This document shows positions 22,380 through 33,058 of a DNA stretch of 64,000 nt, in pieces. A program made the translations under genes and the position numbers. The stretch is from Candidatus Latescibacterota bacterium (GTDB lineage Bacteria; Latescibacterota; UBA2968), in NCBI GenBank assembly GCA_965198115.1, contig OZ240241.1, positions 2,816,001-2,880,000 on the forward strand. The letters are read 5' to 3'. The notes below the pieces were generated by a model. The model was not told the DNA's origin and made no database searches. It was given only the letters and a program-made list of their open reading frames with translations. Each line of letters begins with the position of its first letter. Position 1 is the first letter of the stretch.

Positions 22380-23707
22380 TCCTCACCTCCGACTTCCTCG
22401 TCCACAAACGGCGACACACCTACCGCCTGCTCCAGATTCAGGATCGCTCTTGCCAGATCGAAATGCGCCAGAGCCAGTTCGCTCCGACTGCTCGTCAACA
22501 CCACCTGCGCGTCCAGAACTTCGAGTTGCGTCCCGAATCCGATACCATAGCGGGATGCGGCGAGCTGGGCATTCTCCTCCGCCTCACGACGGATGCCGGC
22601 CTGGGCCTCCACCCGCCCACGCGCTTCCTGCACATCGTACCACGCCTGGCGCACTTCCCTCCGCACGCGCTTTGCCAGTCTGTCGACGGTCACCTCCGCC
22701 CGTCGCCGTTCGACCTTGGCCTTGTTGACGAGCGCCCGGTTGCGCAAGCCGTCGAACAGGGGCAGACTCAGCGCGACACCCGTCACCCAGCTCTGCGCCA
22801 CATCGTCCCCCTCGAATTTGAACGTGTTGCTCTGTGCCTGCAGCTGTCCAGTCGTCACCAGATCCAGAGAGGGACGCATCTCCGACCGCTGTCCGCGAAC
22901 GGCGGCATCCCGCATCGTCACCTCGAAACCGGCCTAGCGAAGATCCGGACGTCCACCCAGTGCACGATCGACGAGCGCTGTCTGATCCGTCAAGACGAGC
23001 GGCGACGTGCTCCGAAACGACCCATCCAACGTCACCGACTCCTCGTGGGGCAATCCGATCACATCTTTCAGGTTCAGGTTCGTCACCGCCAGATCCCGCG
23101 CCGCACGAATCGAGTCGGGCCGGAGCGCACTCACACGAACCTGCGCTCGCAGAAGATCGTAATCGGACACCCGGCCGGCTCGACGAAGCGACTCGACCTG
23201 GCTCAGATTGGCGCGAGCCTGGACGAGTGCATCCCGACTGACCGCGACGAGCGATTGCGCGAACAACACGTTCGAGAACGCGAGCTCGGCCTCAGCGGCA
23301 ACGGCCTGCCGCGCGAGCAGATAGCCGGCATCCGTCAGACTTCGAAACGCCCGGGCCGCTTGCAGACCGGCTCCCACCTTGCCGCTCGAGAAGAGGACCT
23401 GACGAACGGTGAGCACGCCCGTGATCGTGTTCGATGTACCGATCGAGAAGGTCTGTTGTCCCTGCGGCGTGTCGAACACGAACGTCGGCAACAACCAGGA
23501 TCGATTGTAGTTCCCGTCGACGCGAATCTCGGGCAAAGCCTCGGCCCATCCTTCACGAATCTCCTCGCGAGCCCGAATGCGATCCAGACGAGCCTCCTCG
23601 ATCGCTTCATTACGCTCGAAAGCCAGATCGATGGCGTCCTGGAGCGTCAGCACACGTGCTTCTAAAGCTCCCGAAACGACCAGGAGCCCGAGGACCAATC
23701 CCAGCAT
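22376..23707 (-). CDS. TolC-family outer membrane factor, interrupted by in-frame TAG at 22934-22936
   Basis: Two ORFs in the same frame (RPDLR*AGFEV); SLPLFDG and GTQLEVLDAQ motifs. Confidence 0.85.
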
Positions 23708-23730
23708 CTTACCCCCAAGAAGTCGATTTT

Positions 23731-23748
23731 ATTTACCGGTAAGTAAAT
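23731..23748. promoter_or_regulatory. TetR-type operator candidate for the efflux operon
   Basis: Nested palindromes TTACCGGTAA and ATTTAC-N6-GTAAAT about 25 nt upstream of the OMF start. Confidence 0.5.
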
Positions 23749-23947
23749 TACCCTATCGTGGATTTCCGTGTCGACCGTTCGTTCGATGCTCACGACCCTC
23801 CAGAAGATTCAGCTGAAATGGTCGCGGCGGCGGTATCGGCAAAAGCGTCCCTGTGCACAGCAAAGTGACGATCGCACCGCCTTGTTTTTCACAAAGCAAA
23901 AGAGCGCCACTCTCGCCCTCGTGCTGTGCACGAGGGCGCTGTTCAAC

Positions 23948-25012
23948 CTATTTGGAGACGTTGGAGGTTGTCGGCATTTCGTCGATCCACTGCCGGATGA
24001 GCGCAAGGCCCTCGCGATGAACGTCCCGTCTCCCCAGCTCGGGCATCGCGACATCAGGCTCCGTAGAAGCCAGGCGATAGGTCAGAATGGACCTGCTCGC
24101 ATCGCCCGGCACGATGTCGTAGACGCGATCGCCAGTGCCCCGACCAGCCGCTGCCGCTGTCTTGTAGACTCCGAGCAGACTCGGATCGGTCGTGGAAGCA
24201 CGGAGGTCCAGCCCGGCACTCCACGCCGAGGTCCCAGGGCTGTGGCAGTGCGCGCAATTGGCCTCGAGGTAGGCCCGTGCCCGGCGCTCCACGCTACCCG
24301 TTGACGAATCATCCCACACGGGAAACCGTGGGGCGTCCTCCACATCTGACGGCACGCCACTCAACAGGCCGTGCTCACCCCAGTAGATCAGCTGATTGCG
24401 ACGCTCCTGGTCATAGGCATAGTCCTTGTTCAGGAAACGTGTCTTCACCGCGATCGGCATCATTTCGCCGTTAACTTTGTGGCATTGTCCGCACTGGTTC
24501 GTGTTTGGAATCATATAGTCGTTCACGCGAATGTCGCCTCGCCTGTCGATCCAGGAGACCACCTGATCGTCGCCGGCCAGCTCCAGGTTGCCGTCCTTTT
24601 GACCTCGGTTCCACACATACGTGAGTGCGCCCCATCCGCCCTCTCCCCGTATCAACAAACGCGTCTCGAGATGACGCCAGCCCTTGGCCGGATCGCGTTC
24701 GTCCACCGGATACGAAAAGGTCTTGGACAGAATCGTCCCGACAGGCAGCTCGAACGCCCGATCCGGATCGTAGAGACCGGACCGACCCTCGGGCACGCGG
24801 ATAAACCGAAACTTCGAAGCGTAATCGGAGAAAAGAGGAGTCGTCACGTCATAAGGGACGACGCCCTCGGCAGGCTGATGCGCGTGGACCTCTCCGACGA
24901 ACAGACCGATTTCGGACAACCGTTCCGGCGGATCGGCGAGGTAATCCTGGCCGCCGCACGCCCCGCAAACCAACCCGACAAGGATCCAGGCCGCTGTGGC
25001 AAGTCGTTTCAC
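23948..25012 (-). CDS. SO2930-like diheme c-type cytochrome lipoprotein
   Basis: CGQCH and CAHCH heme motifs; LFSDYA.K.RF and MPELGR. Confidence 0.85.
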   Translation of the reverse strand: MKRLATAAWILVGLVCGACGGQDYLADPPERLSEIGLFVGEVHAHQPAEGVVPYDVTTPLFSDYASKFRFIRVPEGRSGLYDPDRAFELPVGTILSKTFSYPVDERDPAKGWRHLETRLLIRGEGGWGALTYVWNRGQKDGNLELAGDDQVVSWIDRRGDIRVNDYMIPNTNQCGQCHKVNGEMMPIAVKTRFLNKDYAYDQERRNQLIYWGEHGLLSGVPSDVEDAPRFPVWDDSSTGSVERRARAYLEANCAHCHSPGTSAWSAGLDLRASTTDPSLLGVYKTAAAAGRGTGDRVYDIVPGDASRSILTYRLASTEPDVAMPELGRRDVHREGLALIRQWIDEMPTTSNVSK

Positions 25013-26229
25013 AACCCCCCTCCGATGACGATCGTAGGAAGGGGTGGATGCGAGCCAGCGTGATTCGACAGATCGGTTTTGACGTGGCGTGCCCGTCCAG
25101 CCGACAGGGCGGCCAGGTCCAGGTTCGCGAACGTCGCGTCTCCGTTGTCGTGAATGCGGAGCGTCATTTCTTTCGGCAGTTGTCCGTCCACCAGCTTGTC
25201 CGGATCCTGAATCCCGTCATACAAGATGTCGGGACCCTCTGACCCGATCGCCCGGATCATCTCACTGAACTTTCCGCTCGGGTTGGTGCCGCCTCCATCG
25301 AACGCGTTGTGATGAATGTGAATCCCCTCGCAGTAGGGATCGAAATCGGGATCCCTCAGCTTCCGGCCGGTGGTCAGAAAACTCAGCACGGAAACGTTCG
25401 CCGTCTGGTTGGCGACGAAAATGTTATCGAAGACTTCCACGTCGTCGTGCGCTATGATGAGCAGACCCACACCCGGCGGAATCTCGCCAACCATTTGGCC
25501 GGGCCTCGCAAAGTTATCCCGGTTGTTGGACACGATCCGGTTTCGAAACACGCGGCACTGCCGTCCGACCTTCTTCGGGAGATTCGGGAGCGTGAACACC
25601 AGCATCCCTCCCGTGTTGTCAATCGTGAGGTTGTCGTGCACGTCCGCACCGATCGTGTTCTCGATCTCGATCCCGGCGACGTTCTGTCGCGCTTGGTTGT
25701 GACGGACGATCGCGTTTTCGCACTGTCCGACGTAAATGCCCGCGTCGGAGGCGCCAACGGCGAGACAATGTTCGATCAGCACGTCGCGACTATCCACCGA
25801 AAACAGCCCATAGGCCCCGTTCTCCGGACCCGGACCGCCCGTCCATTCCACGCGCACCCGTCGGATCGTCGCCCCCTCGGCGCCGCTCACCTTTAGCGCG
25901 TCTCCACGCGGATCCTCGATGGCGAGATCTTCGACCGTGACACCGCCTTGGGTGATCAGCAGGCCTTCACCCCCCGACCCGGTCGTCTGCTTGTCAAAAC
26001 GGAGGACCGTCCGCCGCGGACCCGCTCCCCGAATCGTCACGTCTTCCACGTCGAGGGAAAGGGTTCGGGTGAAATCGAACGTGCCTGGCGCGAACGTGAC
26101 GACATCGCCCGGCTGTGACCGAATCAGCGCCCGCTGGGCGATCTTCTGCGCGTCGGGACCGGGTGTGATATACACTCCGCTTCCACAGTTCAGCACACAC
26201 ACAAAGATGACGGGCCGCCAGACGCTCAC
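25009..26229 (-). CDS. Parallel beta-helix protein (usual partner of SO2930-like cytochrome)
   Basis: NGAYG, GASDAGIYVGQ and NVAGIEIEN; GTG start after AAGGAG. Confidence 0.85.
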   Translation of the reverse strand: MSVWRPVIFVCVLNCGSGVYITPGPDAQKIAQRALIRSQPGDVVTFAPGTFDFTRTLSLDVEDVTIRGAGPRRTVLRFDKQTTGSGGEGLLITQGGVTVEDLAIEDPRGDALKVSGAEGATIRRVRVEWTGGPGPENGAYGLFSVDSRDVLIEHCLAVGASDAGIYVGQCENAIVRHNQARQNVAGIEIENTIGADVHDNLTIDNTGGMLVFTLPNLPKKVGRQCRVFRNRIVSNNRDNFARPGQMVGEIPPGVGLLIIAHDDVEVFDNIFVANQTANVSVLSFLTTGRKLRDPDFDPYCEGIHIHHNAFDGGGTNPSGKFSEMIRAIGSEGPDILYDGIQDPDKLVDGQLPKEMTLRIHDNGDATFANLDLAALSAGRARHVKTDLSNHAGSHPPLPTIVIGGGL

Positions 26230-26310
26230 GCACGCTCCTTGAACCAACCACTCACATTTCCTCGGACGTTGGGAATATAGGGCAAAATAATCGACATCCG
26301 ATAGAGGTGG

Positions 26311-26347
26311 ACAGAAAGAGGCCCCGGGCCGAACTCGACCCGGGGCC
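26311..26347 (-). terminator. Intrinsic terminator after the small ORF
   Basis: GGCCCCGGG/CCCGGGGCC stem followed by TCTTTCT on the minus strand. Confidence 0.55.
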
Positions 26348-26391
26348 GTGCCCCCTCTGCAAACGCGCACACAAGATGCACACGCAAAGGG

Positions 26392-26580
26392 TTATTCGTT
26401 GATTTGAACAATCTTTATGGGGCGTCCAAGCTTCGTGAGCGGCTCCTTCGGCTCGTCATCCGAGACTGGAGCCCGTTTTACAACGGCCGGCTTCTTCGCG
26501 TCCATATTCGCCAGACCGCCCAGCGTCGCCACCTGTAAGAGGATGGCGGAAACGAAGAGTGCCGCAATTATAGTCAGCAT
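26392..26580 (-). CDS. Small single-TM hypothetical protein (62 aa)
   Basis: GGAGGT RBS, N-terminal hydrophobic helix, own promoter and terminator. Confidence 0.65.
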   Translation of the reverse strand: MLTIIAALFVSAILLQVATLGGLANMDAKKPAVVKRAPVSDDEPKEPLTKLGRPIKIVQINE

Positions 26581-26652
26581 TTTGCACCTCCCGGGGAATG
26601 GGAGAATCGTGTGGGGTGTCTGTGTGCACCGTCTGTGCGCACTGAAATAGAA

Positions 26653-26669
26653 TGCACAACTCGTGCCAA
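26653..26669 (-). promoter_or_regulatory. Sigma54 (-24/-12) promoter
   Basis: TTGGCACGAGTTGTGCA (GG-N10-GC) with an AT-rich tract upstream. Confidence 0.7.
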
Positions 26670-27567
26670 CAAAAAGATTAGCGTGATTAATATCAAAATG
26701 CAATTTATTTGCATCTATTCTAATAAATTTGGCCGTCTTGCGTGACGGAAAACACCCCGGTGACGACGGTCACTGGTGCAGGTCGAACAGGCGTGGTGGG
26801 GGTCCGCCACCGTCGTAAAAACGCCGTTGGAAGCCACCCTACGAATCGTTCGTGACGTCCGTCACCAGGTAGTACGACTCGTTGCATGGGAGGTTGAAAA
26901 CAGTAAACTCTGGTCAACAAAAACAACGAGTTACGACGTGCACCCGTGGCACCGAGGTTGCAATCCTAACCCCTGATCGCAAACCATCTTATTTCGTCGG
27001 GGGTGGAATATGGTCGTCGTACTGGAAACCGGTGCACAGCCGATGGTCCAGGTGGCGTTCTGTCGGGATGAACACCAGCTTCAGCTCTGGGACAGCCGTC
27101 TGGACTACGACCGCAGTTCGCTCGCCCTGAGACTCCTTGCATTCGGCGTCGTCATCACGTGCGAGGGCCTCTACGTTTGCTCGGAGCTGGCTCCATTCGA
27201 GCGCCATCCTGTCGTCCATCGGATTCTGTCCGAACCCGTGCTGCTCAGACGGCGACGACGCAGAAACAAAACGCTCGAGGTGTGGGGCGAGGAGCCAGAA
27301 GCCGCCACGATCGGTCGCGTAGCAGGCTTGATCGGAAGGGGGTACTGCCCCTCGATTTACCGGGAGAAACTGACAGGCATTCTCGATCAGACCCTGCCAA
27401 CCGTTTCAAAATACTCCCTGGACGGCGGTCGATCCTGGCATTGGCTAGGAATGGAACCGAGTGAGAGGCCGATGCTCGACGACGTGCGCGTCGCCTAGTC
27501 ACTCGGTAACGTGGATGCGAAGAGATCGCTTACATTGGGCCCAACAGTCCAAGGGAGTGATCTCTTC

Positions 27568-27852
27568 GTGTCTTCGTCCGACCAACCGCGTCAACGGCTG
27601 CTCTACATCAACGCGCGATCTCCGAACGTCTTCTCCGAGATCCTAGGCTTAACGCAGATCGAACCTACGAAGGGGTATCGGCCCGAGATCACGGCCGAGG
27701 AACCCAATTAGCCCTATGGCACCGTCCACGAAGCCATCGTCGACGGCTGGAAGGTCATCCAGTTCCCCCACCTCCAGGCCCCGATCGACGACAGGGATCT
27801 GGACGTCATCGGGTATGAGTTTATCCTTCAGAAGATCGAGGTCGTCGAGTAA
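27568..27852 (+). CDS. Small hypothetical protein with in-frame TAG at 27709-27711
   Basis: Frame continues EEPN*PYGTVHEAIVDGWKVIQFP...YEFILQKIEVVE; GGGAG RBS. Confidence 0.6.
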
Positions 27853-28234
27853 CCACCAAGACTCCAAGAAGAGACTCGGACACGTAGGAAAGGAAGTGAT
27901 TTCGTCTTTGCTGCCACGCCAAAACTACGGTGGCCGGGAAGCAACACCGAGCCCACGTGGAACCACAACCCCGAATGTATGGACAAACCGAAGAACTGGA
28001 ATCTTCGCGGCCAGTCCCAAGACCCGGGAGATCGGCTTTCGTTCAGCAATCCGATCGGGGTTTCCCAATCCGATCACTACAAGGAGCGCAGGATCCGCAG
28101 GGAGGCGTACCTCTGCGGCAAGCGGGTCTAGCCCTTCCACGTCGTCTTTCGACGGAAGCCACAGCCCGCCGAAACGCTGAACACAAAACTCCCCGCCTGA
28201 GGCGAGGGCCGTCGTCACGACGAGTAGACTCGAA

Positions 28235-28507
28235 CTACACCGCTTCGGGTGTCATCTCCATGACCTGGCGGATTGCGACATACGGAACCTGGGCACGCTC
28301 GTTCAACTCCTTGACACGATCCTCGTCCGACGCCTCGTAGTAACACCGCGCCTGCTCTGTGTCGGGACTGAAGTAACTACGCACCCACCTGACGTCCTGC
28401 CCTTCACGCGACATCTCCTCAACGCACGACTTGGTGCGAAGACCGGCACCCGTCAATTGATCTTCCGTGATACCCGGAAGATCACGCTCAACAACATACA
28501 TCGGCAT
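28235..28507 (-). CDS. DUF4242/SCO4226-like small protein
   Basis: YVVERDLPG...V.WVRSY...CYYEA pattern; GGAGG RBS. Confidence 0.75.
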   Translation of the reverse strand: MPMYVVERDLPGITEDQLTGAGLRTKSCVEEMSREGQDVRWVRSYFSPDTEQARCYYEASDEDRVKELNERAQVPYVAIRQVMEMTPEAV

Positions 28508-28544
28508 AGCGACCTCCTATGATGGGATTCAACCTCGATGGAAC

Positions 28545-29165
28545 TCAGCTCGCTTCCTCTGGATTCAACGGCTCGAGCAGGGACATCAAATCGTCTCTCC
28601 GTATTCGAATCGCCCGTTCGCCGGCCAGACGATAGGCCGGCAGCTTGCCGTTCTTGATGTATCCCCGCAAAGTCTGCGTATGAATGCCCAGCACGGCAGC
28701 GGCGGCGTCGGGGCTAAGGAGCGACTGAAGATCCCGGCTCCCCCGATCGTCTCTGGGGGAATCGCTTGCCCAGCGAGCGAGTGCGGCCCTCCATCCCGCG
28801 CTGTCGAGCTTGTAGACCTCTTTCAGCCGTGCCATCAGCCCAGAATCCACATCGGCATAGGCTGCGAGGAGATGAACACAATCCACGCTCGCAGCGCCCT
28901 CGATTCGTGCGATCTCGGCTGCTTGATCGAAGATCGCCGACGCCTCCTTCGAGTAGGCTACCTTTTCCCGGGACTCCGGCTCCCGCGAATCGATGCCAAG
29001 CTCTGCCAGATCGATCACAACCGGGCCGAAGGCGACGACGCCGAACCGGCCGATCACCTGGAGCGCCCCCGCCAGGAGATCGTCCGGGGTGACCCGATCC
29101 CTCGCTTCGCTTTTTGCCCGGGCAACGGCGAATCTTGTAACCCGAACGACGGCTTCCATCTCCAT
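28545..29165 (-). CDS. Clp N-terminal-like domain fused to excisionase-type HTH
   Basis: A...A......V...HLLAA Clp-N pattern; LLSPDAAAAVLGIH.QT.R.YI..G.LPA HTH. Confidence 0.7.
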   Translation of the reverse strand: MEMEAVVRVTRFAVARAKSEARDRVTPDDLLAGALQVIGRFGVVAFGPVVIDLAELGIDSREPESREKVAYSKEASAIFDQAAEIARIEGAASVDCVHLLAAYADVDSGLMARLKEVYKLDSAGWRAALARWASDSPRDDRGSRDLQSLLSPDAAAAVLGIHTQTLRGYIKNGKLPAYRLAGERAIRIRRDDLMSLLEPLNPEEAS

Positions 29166-29377
29166 TCCACACCAATATACTTAAAACTAAGTTAATAGCA
29201 ACTAAATTATCTTAAATTTAGTCAAATCTTAGAGGATTGGAGGGTAAATCGTTAAGCGTCGGGGGGTTAGGGGCAAGCCAAGCCTCACCTTTGACAGGTT
29301 GCCCGATCTGCGTACGTTACGGTCTGACGATTCGAATGGCAATGACCTCTGAGTGAAACGGCCTAGGAGACACACCA

Positions 29378-30184
29378 ATGAGCAACGCCAACGGCGAACC
29401 GACTGTTCACGAATTGTTCGACCTCACGGGAAGATCCGCCCTCATCACGGGCGCGACGGGCTGGCTCGGCAGCTCAATGGCACGGGCGCTGGCCGAAACG
29501 GGTGCCAGCGTCGTCATTTCCAGCCGGGACGGCGACCGGGCGAAAGCTGCAGCAGCGGATTTACCCTCTCCCGGTGACGCCAAACACGATGGCGTCGAGC
29601 TGGACCAGACCGATCCCGAATCGATCGAACAGGGATTCGCAGCGGCCGTACGGACGGCAGGCCAAATCGACATCCTTGTCAACAACGGTCTCGATCGGAT
29701 CGAGCACGACCTGACCGACTGCACGTTCGAAGAATTCGTCAACCATCAGCGGAACACCGCCGCCTACTTCGTGCTCGCCCGTCTGATGTGCGACCACGTC
29801 GTCGAGCGGAAGGGAACGGGCAGCATCATCATGCTCGGGTCGATGTACGGCCAGGTCGCGTCTTACCCCGATGCCTACGACGGTGTGGCGATGGCCAGTC
29901 CTGTGGCGTATCACGCGCACAAGGGCGGGACCATTCATATGACCCGACACCTGGCCGCCTACTACGCGGAGCACGGTGTCCGCGTCAATTGCATTAGCCC
30001 CGGTCCTTTCCCCAAGGACGGCACCAATCCTGCGATGGTCGGGCGACTGTGCGAGAAGCTACCGATGAAGCGAATGGGAAGACCGCACGAACTCAAGGGG
30101 ACGCTTTTGTTGCTGGCGAGTGACGCGGGGAGTTACATCACCGGACAGAACATCACGGTCGACGGCGGCTGGATGGCCTGGTGA
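29378..30184 (+). CDS. SDR-family oxidoreductase
   Basis: TGATGWLG, YHAHK, N.ISPG and TGQNI.VDGG motifs. Confidence 0.92.
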   Translation: MSNANGEPTVHELFDLTGRSALITGATGWLGSSMARALAETGASVVISSRDGDRAKAAAADLPSPGDAKHDGVELDQTDPESIEQGFAAAVRTAGQIDILVNNGLDRIEHDLTDCTFEEFVNHQRNTAAYFVLARLMCDHVVERKGTGSIIMLGSMYGQVASYPDAYDGVAMASPVAYHAHKGGTIHMTRHLAAYYAEHGVRVNCISPGPFPKDGTNPAMVGRLCEKLPMKRMGRPHELKGTLLLLASDAGSYITGQNITVDGGWMAW

Positions 30185-30221
30185 GAAACCGTTGTCGGAC
30201 GTCAGGAAAGAAGGGAAGGGT

Positions 30222-31460
30222 ATGAAGAGGCTGTTGATCCTGGTCGTCGCGATGCTTACCGCGACGATGACGGATGCTCGTGCGGACTGGCCACAGTGGG
30301 GAGGGCCGAATCGCAACTTCGTAGTCGAGGCGCGAGATCTCCCGACGGTCTGGCCCAACAGCCGGCCGGCAGAGATATGGCGACGACGTCTTGGGGATGG
30401 CTACTCCGGAATCGCTGCAGTCGACGGTGTACTCTACACAATGTATCGCAGTGGTGACTCGGCCGAGGCCGTCATCGCCATCGAAGCAGAAACCGGTAAG
30501 ACCAGTTGGGAATACACCCAGACGGCGGAAGTTTGGCCGGGGTATCTGTCGGGCTACGGGCTCGGCCCGCACAGCACACCGCTCGTCCACGAGGACCGTG
30601 TGTATGCCACAGGCGTTCGGGGCGTACTGCTATGCCTCGACCGCAGGAAGGGTAAGCTCATCTGGGCTCACGATCTTTGGGAGGAATTCGGCGGAACGAA
30701 GCTGGCAAGAGGCTACGCTTCCAGTCCCATCGCCTACGGGAAGACCATCATCGTTCCCACAGGTGGAAAGGGACGCAGCATCATCGCGTTCGACCAGACA
30801 TCAGGAGCGGTCGTGTGGGAATCCACGAGTTTCAAGAACGCGTTTTCTTCCCCTATCCTGATCGATCTGGACGGCTCGACGCAACTCGTTGTGCTTATGG
30901 CCCGCGAAGTCACTGGACTCGACCCCGACACCGGCCAACTGCTCTGGTCACACCCCCACTACACCAGATACGACATCAACGCGTCGACACCCGTCTGGGG
31001 CGGGGACAACACGCTCTTCATCTCATCCGCCTACGACTCGGGAAGCCGTGGAATTAAACTGAGTCGCGAGGGAGACAAGATCGCGGTGGAAGAACTCTGG
31101 CACCAAAGAAAGATGCAGGTCCAACACGGCAATGCGATTCGTCTGGGTGACACCGTCTACGGGTCCAGCGGTGATTTTGGTCCAGCCTTTCTGGTCTCCG
31201 TCAACATCCATACCGGCGAGCTGCTGTCCCGCCAGCGGGGGTTCGCCAAGGCCACCCTCATCGCAGCCGGCGATCAGGTCATCGTTCTCGACGAAGACGG
31301 TCAACTCGCTATCGCGACCGCACAGGGTGACAGCATCGCCATTCACGACTCGGCCACCATCTTCGACGACCGTTCCTGGACCGTCCCCACCCTGGTCGGG
31401 TCGACCCTCTACGCCCGGAATCAGAAGGAGATCGCGGCTTTCGATCTGGGGAAACGTTAA
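30222..31460 (+). CDS. Secreted PQQ-like beta-propeller protein
   Basis: Signal peptide, DWPQWGGP.RN, GP.STP and LYARN. Confidence 0.85.
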   Translation: MKRLLILVVAMLTATMTDARADWPQWGGPNRNFVVEARDLPTVWPNSRPAEIWRRRLGDGYSGIAAVDGVLYTMYRSGDSAEAVIAIEAETGKTSWEYTQTAEVWPGYLSGYGLGPHSTPLVHEDRVYATGVRGVLLCLDRRKGKLIWAHDLWEEFGGTKLARGYASSPIAYGKTIIVPTGGKGRSIIAFDQTSGAVVWESTSFKNAFSSPILIDLDGSTQLVVLMAREVTGLDPDTGQLLWSHPHYTRYDINASTPVWGGDNTLFISSAYDSGSRGIKLSREGDKIAVEELWHQRKMQVQHGNAIRLGDTVYGSSGDFGPAFLVSVNIHTGELLSRQRGFAKATLIAAGDQVIVLDEDGQLAIATAQGDSIAIHDSATIFDDRSWTVPTLVGSTLYARNQKEIAAFDLGKR

Positions 31461-31569
31461 AACGCCCTCGTGCAAAGCACGTGGGCGAGCGGGACACTCC
31501 TTTACAGATTAATGTGCTATGCTCGTCCCTGTGCTTCGCACAGGGACGCCGGGACTTTACAATTGCATT

Positions 31570-32426
31570 CTAGCTTTTGCCTTCCTTCTGCCCCCAGCTG
31601 TTGGGTCGTGGTGGAATGGCCTCTCCTTCTGGACGCTCGATGTGGATCCAGTAGCCGCTCGGGTCCTCCCCCCTCGCGATAATCGCTGACTGATGTTCCG
31701 GATCTCGTCCGCGAACGTCCGGTGGCATATACCTCAGCGTCAGCCCGCAGCGTCTTCGATCGGTCCTGTTCGGCTCGGAGCCGTGCAGGAGCAAATCAGT
31801 GTGAATCGAAACCTGGCCCGCCTTCATCACGAAGGACACGGGATCGCCGAAATCGTCGGGATTCGTGACCGTCTGTCCGAGAACGTTGTTTTCCTCGACA
31901 GCGCTGCGCTCGAACGGAATCTGCCCGTGCCGATGCGACCCGGGGATCACGCGCATCGGTCCCATCGCCTCATCCACATCGTCGATCGCGAGCCAGACCG
32001 TCACCACCTTGCTGGGCGTGAGGGGCCAGTAGGACGCATCCTGATGCCAACTGACCTGTTTGGGATCGGCCGGCATCTTGCAAAAGTAGTGTGTCATCGT
32101 GCAGACTAAATTGGGCCCGATGAGATCTTCGACCCGATCGAGGATGCGAGGATCCATCACCAGGCCGTAGATTCCCTCGCAGGACCTGTGCCATCCGTTG
32201 ATCGAATAGCTGTTCAGTCCAGCTCTTCTGCTACCGCCATTATGTGGTCGAAATAGGCACGATTCCGGTCGACCTCACCCGGCGTCATCACGTCGAGCGG
32301 GCAAAGGTAGCCATCGGTGTTGAAGCGATCGATCTGCTCAGCGGTCAGAACTTTCGGGTTCGTGTTCTTTGCCGGATAGAACTTCAGCTCTCGCTCCATA
32401 TCCGGCAGGGCATCGGTGATTGGCAC
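31570..32426 (-). CDS. PhyH-family dioxygenase; frameshift near 32215
   Basis: WHQD, IPGSH and LLHGS; N-terminus F.TDGYL in a separate frame. Confidence 0.85.
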
Positions 32427-32497
32427 CTCGTATCCTCCGTTTGGGCACGCTCGGTGCTCCCCAAGCTACCTCGCTCGTGTCTGGGTCGCAACCCGCC

Positions 32498-33058
32498 CTA
32501 CGGCGCGCGGATGATGTGCACCTCTCCCGATAGCGCGTCGACGCGGACCTTCACCGGCGCATCTTCTTGGGTTCTCACATCGACGTAGTAGGCCAATCGG
32601 CCTGCCCGCTGCCCCAGTTCGGCCTCGATCGCCCATCCCGGTCGCAGCTTGAGCGCCCGTCTCAACGCTTCGCCCAATGAAATCGTGGCTCCCGTGGATG
32701 AGCCCTCACCCTCCTTGATGTCCGCTTCATCAACTTCTTGGTCGCGTTCATCCGCCACGATCCCCCCATCTCCCGCATCGACGAACACCTCCCGCTCGCC
32801 CTCTGGCGTCATCACGTCGACTTCGTAAACAAGTCGACCGTCCTCGACCTCGAGCTCTGCTCCGACCGGTCGGCCTGCGATTGCGCGCGTTGCGGTCCCG
32901 ACAGCCTGAACCATCGACACTCGTGTTAAACGGTAGACGTGAACTGTGGACACCTGCCCTTCGATCGTGCCCCAGAACCCCACCAGGACAGGAACGATGA
33001 TTCCCGCTGCGATGTGAACGATGAATTGGAGTCGCTTGGTGTATTGGAAGAGGGTCAT
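32498..33058 (-). CDS. PepSY-domain protein
   Basis: Two ELE.EDG...YEV...VDA..G.I repeats; TAATG coupling to the receptor gene. Confidence 0.8.
   Translation of the reverse strand: MTLFQYTKRLQFIVHIAAGIIVPVLVGFWGTIEGQVSTVHVYRLTRVSMVQAVGTATRAIAGRPVGAELEVEDGRLVYEVDVMTPEGEREVFVDAGDGGIVADERDQEVDEADIKEGEGSSTGATISLGEALRRALKLRPGWAIEAELGQRAGRLAYYVDVRTQEDAPVKVRVDALSGEVHIIRAP

Noticed and set aside
26989-27498. ORFs 27010-27498 (+) and 26989-27219 (-)
   Set aside because: No recognisable motif and they overlap each other; I cannot tell which, if either, is real.
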